From NCBI RefSeq assembly GCF_009914755.1, contig NC_060934.1: a stretch of 64,000 bases of DNA; one strand, 5' to 3'. Below, in pieces: positions 58,456-64,000 of this stretch. Made by a program: the position numbers and the translations under genes. This DNA comes from the human T2T-CHM13v2.0 reference genome, Homo sapiens. Each line of letters opens with the position of its first letter. Within the stretch, counting starts at the first letter, position 1. The notes under the pieces are model-generated. The model was not told the origin of the DNA. It did not search any database and saw only the letters and a list, made by a program, of their open reading frames with translations.

Positions 58456-61014
58456 TGATCTGTTAATTTATTCATAACTTAACATGACATGAAAAGGATA
58501 TTTAAAGCCAGACTTATTTTTGCATTTCCGAATTTCATCAGTAAATCATATAATCGTGAACACCAGCTTACTCCACCATCAAAAGGGAAAGTTCTGACTT
58601 TCCATCTATTTTTTCTGAGAGATACATCACTTTGAAAACAGGGCAAATTTCATGTCATTTTTACAGCCAGTTGCAATCAGCTCAGCATGTTTTCTCAGAA
58701 ATGATACTACTAACAGCTACTATCAATGTGAATAACTTTCATTCCAGGGGTTTTGGAATGTGGCTACCAGTGCCATTGTTCACTGGGTCTTTTCATTTTG
58801 GTCAGGAGCCAGGGTTAGTTCAGACATGCTAGACTTGTGTCCTTGCATTCTGCCTGCAGTCCTGAGAGCATAGCATTCTCCCTGGCCAAGGAGAGCATAG
58901 ATATAATCCATTCTTGCTCTTTTGGACTTTTGGAAGGTGCTTTAAGCTAAACTTGGCATTAAACTGTTCCATTAGATCAACTTTCACTGCAAGTTTTAAA
59001 TTAAGCAAACAAAAAAATTTCAAACACACACAAAACAGCTTCAATTTCTTATAAATATAAGGCTTTAAAATATGGAGAAAAAAAGGAAAGAAAAAGAACT
59101 AGTTGAAAACCTATAAGCCAAAACCTTCTACTTTGGAAACAATGACAGTGTAGGTAAAGTTTTGTAGTGTATTAAAAAAAAACAACTTGTAAAAGAAACA
59201 ACATTATTTAATGACATGTTTATCAAATGCAACATTAAATACAAAATTGTCTCAGTCATCAATCTCAAGCTAAACTTTCTTAAAAGTTCCCAATTATAAT
59301 ATCAGAGTTGCATGTAAAGGTTCACAATTTCAAGGGAACTTAAAGACATTTCAAACATCCTTTAAATTACTGCTGAACTGTAAATTGGTCTAGTATATAA
59401 TTTAGTTCATTTCAGAACCAATTCTGAAATCAATCATAGTTCATTTCCTTAACTATAGGTACAAAACATTTAGACCAGGATTCAGATGTGCTGAGTATTA
59501 GGTTTGGCTCCTACTAATTGTGTAAAGTTGAGCAGGTCAAAGGTTCTAAGCCTTGATTTTCTTTCTTGATCTGCCTATATATTGGGTGTTTGTGATGATA
59601 AAACAGATGGGTATAAAAGTAATTAAATATTAAAACATGAAAGATTATAATCCATGTTATTATAAATGATTTAAAAGATTACATATTAGACAGGCTTTAC
59701 TATCACTCACCCCCATTTATCAAGCTTACTATTAACCACCACCCCCAGCAGTCGGGGTGAAGCCCCCCTCACTTGTTCACCCTAAGCACCCTGCACCTGC
59801 GTCTGTCATTGCTCTTATCATGTTGTATGAATTACAGATGTTATTTTCTGGGTGCCATTCCACCAACCCAGGCACTCCGTATGGTCTGCACCACTTGTGC
59901 TGGGCACAGGCACTCTATCTGTTGGATGCTGAGTGAAAGTTCCAGGATGAAAATGTTAACATTGACATTAACAGATGGACAATTAACAAAATCCCAGAAT
60001 ACTAAAGGGCAAGTCTCATTCCAAATTTCCTTAGATATGCTCAGAGAAACTAGGGAAATCACTTTCTAGTATCAAAAGGCACTTCAAATACTTTGTGACT
60101 ACTTCAAAGGGGAGGAAGGGGAATGACCTCTTGAATATACAACGTTAACAACCTTATACTTTCTACCAAATAAAGCAAAATAAATATTCTCAAATTAATT
60201 TTAACAGCTGGAAAAGCATAATGCTCTGTGCCAGCCAAACATTTGTTCACACCAAGTTATTTTATTAAAACTCAGGTTATTTACTGCGTTGATTAAAACT
60301 CTTTCCATTGTCTCAACTTTTTTCAGTCATGTAACATTAGGAAAATTAAAATCAACTTTAATTGACTTGAGAAAGAAAGTGTGGCCATTTTGTTAACTGT
60401 GAGTTTTAGAATTAAGGTTATCTTACAGTGATAATGCCAATCTACAGCTCCAATTTATGAGGAACAAAATAAAGTCATAAGATGGCCAGACACTCCAAAC
60501 TGGGGATCCTTCTTTGGGAAGGTTTCAATGAAAATACTAGGTCACATTTTAAGGAAACTTGATATACAACAATTTGATACAATAGCATTGGGGTACTGAG
60601 ACATTAATTTGTCATACAGCCTTTGGGTTCTGCCAAATACAAATATTTTAAGTCCCTGTGACACTCTCTTCACTATGCTAGGGTTTAATGCCCGGTCATC
60701 TAAAAAATAGCAGCTGGAGATGCAGCCAGATCTCCCAGGCAATGATGAAGAGGTGCTTCTACATGACAGAAGTTATAGTTTAAAGAGACAGTACAGCTGA
60801 TTAAGCCTCTCAGTGTAAAGCACAGATGGAGAGCTACCACTCCCCACAGCACAACTGCCTGTAATACATGTGGTCACATTCCATCTCGACTCATTCTTCA
60901 TATACATTAGGCAGTATCAACATTCAAAACAAAAGAGGGGGTTTCATTTTCAGCTAATGGGGTAAAAGTCATCACAAGGCACAGAATTTTAGAGAGTCCT
61001 AGAGATTACCTGGA

Positions 61015-61570
61015 ATGGTGGTTCTCAAACTTGAGCGTGTATCAGAATCGTCTGGATTGCTTGTTAAACCAGCCTTATTCTGCACAGCTATTATATCGTA
61101 CACCCTCTTGCCTACTCAAAGACATCACTCTACAAACTGTCTCCTTTTCCTGTAATATTTTCCCCCTCTACTGGCTCATATATTTTAAAATGGTTTTATT
61201 TATCTCATTTTTTTTAAAAATCCCCTGGAACACTGGTTCCTCCTCTGCCACCTCCCATTTTTCTCTTCCCTGTATGCAAAACTCTTCAAAAACCTCTCTA
61301 TGCTTGCCTTCTCTAACTCCTCTGTTTCCATTCTCTCTTCCATTTCAATCTAATTCTCATCCTTACCCCTAAGCTGAAACGACTCACTCCAAGGGTGATC
61401 ACAACCTCTGCATTGCTCAATCCAACCGTCAATCTTCAGTTCTCATCCTATTTGCTCAGTCAGCAGCATCTGATTCAGTTTATCCATCCTTCCTGCCTAA
61501 AGCACACTCTTCACTTGGCTTCTGGAGTGCCATGCTCCTTTGGTTCTCTTACTGTCAGCCTTACTGGCTA
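61015..61570 (+). mobile_element. MER5A fragment followed by L2 fragment
   Basis: gtggttctcaaacttgagcgtgtatcagaatc, then L2 motifs (ctctgcattgctcaatccaa...ctcttcacttggcttc). Confidence 0.7.
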
Positions 61571-61571
61571 T

Positions 61572-61740
61572 TAAGGGTTGAACTGTGCCCCCGAGAAAGA
61601 TTTGTTGAAGTCCTAACACCAGGTGCCTGGAAACGTGACCTTATTTGGAAATAGGGTCTTTGCAAATTTAACCAAACTAAATAGAGGTCATTAGGGTGGG
61701 CCTTAATCCAATACAACTGGTGTCCTCATAAAAAGGGGAG
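61572..61740 (+). mobile_element. MLT1 (B/C-like) LTR 5' fragment
   Basis: gggttgaactgtgccccc...gtgaccttatttggaaatagggtctttgca...ctggtgtcctcataaaaagggga. Confidence 0.85.
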
Positions 61741-61851
61741 CATGTCCCCTTTTTTATATATGATACATGTTCTTATATGTATTATATATATCATATGATG
61801 TATTATTATAGATCATATAATATAGAGAGATGTGACATTATATATTGTGAT

Positions 61852-62043
61852 ATATTACATATTATGTGATATGTAACATATTACATATTATGTGATATGT
61901 AACATATTACATATTATGTGATATGTAACATGTTACATATTATGTGATATGTAACATGTTACATATTATGTGATATGTAACATGTTACATATTATGTGAT
62001 ATGTAATATGTTACATATTATGTGATATGTAATATGTTACATA
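61852..62043. repeat. AT-rich 26-bp VNTR (~7.4 copies) inside a larger AT-rich low-complexity block (61755-62260)
   Basis: Unit at(a/g)ttacatattatgtgatatgtaa(c/t). Confidence 0.95.
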
Positions 62044-63067
62044 ATATATGGGTCAGATTTATGTTTTATATCATATATCATATATTACATGGTACATGAT
62101 ACGTATCATATATTGCATGGTGTATGATATATATCGTATATTACATGATATATGATATATCATATATTACATCATATATGATATATCATATATTACATTA
62201 TATATTATATATCACATATTACATCATATATTTTATACATATATAAATATAAATATAAATAGCATTGTCTTAAGTTCATCTACCTAAACTTATCTGACGT
62301 TGGGATGAGCACAACTGTATCTCAGCACTGCAGATATCATGGCCATAAAAGAAAATTCAGAGACCCTGGGAAAAAAGAAGCATGCTAATAAGTTCTTCCT
62401 TTAAATGATGTTTTTATCCCTAAAAGTGGTTGTGACCTCCTCAGCCTCACAGAGTGGATAAGGACTGAGCCACCTAAATAATATGACTGCTTGGCAGGGG
62501 TTTCTCCCCTGCAGTGATTGTACTTGGGTCACCTCTGTACTTAAAGCTACAACACTGTCCTAGAGACAATAATTTGTACATTGCTGCACTTTAGGTTAAC
62601 ATAAGCTATAGATGCAAGCACAGAGCTAGATGACTCACATGTCTGCTTCTGCAGGCTGAAATGGTAATCCTGAAATTTCCTACTGCCCAACACGCACAAT
62701 GCAAACCCGATGAAAAGAGCAAAGATGTAAAACTAGAATATCTAAGCAGTCAGTGGTGAAGATTCTAGTCGTGTTCTGTGTGTACACAGCAGCTGCATAT
62801 CTTGTGAAGTTTAATTTTATCAGTCTGACTTATATTTTATGTGCCAAGTTTTTAGCATTTCAGCAGGTGCAATGGGACAAATCAATACAGCTAAATTCTT
62901 AGCAACTGAGCTAAGAAAACTCTTTCACAACTCACACATCACAGCGTGAGAGACTGCAGAAGTTAAGGGGAGGGGAAAGAAGAAAAAAACAATGAGGTAG
63001 AAAGAGATGATATTTTAAATGAAAACTGTTATGTATGCCTAGGGGTGCTGTTAGAGAACTCTGTTCC

Positions 63068-63398
<331 letters not shown>

Positions 63399-64000
63399 AC
63401 TCCATTCCTTTTGTTTCCCTATCTGAAGGACCTAGAATGAGATCAACCCTCTGAGTTCTGCACCAGTCTAGACATTCCTACTACAACACACCAGCACTGG
63501 GGCTTGAAATGTGGTCTCTGGAAGGTAACAATGCTGTGATATCAATTTTTTTTTAATGTTTTAAGCATTTGAGTCTACAGACGAGTGTACCCATAAAAGA
63601 GAACAGAGAAGGACACGAGCGGCCAAGCTGTGGGCTACAAGATAAATCTAGAAGAGTGATTTTGCTACAGAGGAGACCTGGAGGGGAAGTTGAGTATGCA
63701 AAAGATGAGGCAATAGAAATAAAGGTTGCAGGGGTTGGGGGTTGGCCTCAGTTATATGAAGGCCAAAGTGATGTCAGCATGGGGATGCCTGCAACATAAC
63801 TGCGGGTGCTCCATTGCTCAGAGGACTGAAAACACACACAGCAAGACCCCTGGCACTTAAATGGCCCTCTTAACCCCATGCACACGCAGTTCCGATCTTG
63901 CTCCCCCATACCTGTCAGCTGTGCTTCTGACCTCCCTAGAGGCCCACGTGCTCACTTGTCATATTCATGGCAATGCTCAGAGATCATTCCATGATCACCA

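Noticed and set aside
61852-62043. CRISPR-like array
   Set aside because: Repeats are contiguous with no unique spacers, no cas genes, and the context is eukaryotic.

Overview
This is primate (human-like) intronic DNA, AT-rich and CpG-depleted, about half interspersed repeats. The only recognisable coding exon is an 85-nt minus-strand exon at 20686-20770. It has canonical AG/GT ends and encodes [28 protein letters not shown], the exon after the LIM domain in the LIM-nebulette (LASP-2) isoform of NEBL, so the rest of the window is read as NEBL intron. A disabled, intronless EIF4B retrocopy lies antisense to NEBL at 29554-31365 and, unusually, is 5'-complete but 3'-truncated. Repeats include about 26 Alu/FLAM copies, L1, L2 and MIR fragments, MST/MLT/LTR8/MER77-type LTRs, and the DNA transposons MER85, MER44A, MER20, MER63 and MER5. 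I found no evidence for a new gene system. The most notable unexplained structures are: a ~350-bp, ~93%-identical local inverted duplication (50043-50393 / 51019-51368) with a template-switch-like junction; a palindromic AT-rich 26-bp VNTR; a CATCTG/TGGCA homotypic mini-array; a G-quadruplex-type repeat; and an LTR8 fragment that looks like a polyadenylated retrocopy. Repeat subfamily names and reference-protein comparisons come from recalled consensus sequences, and repeat boundaries are approximate.
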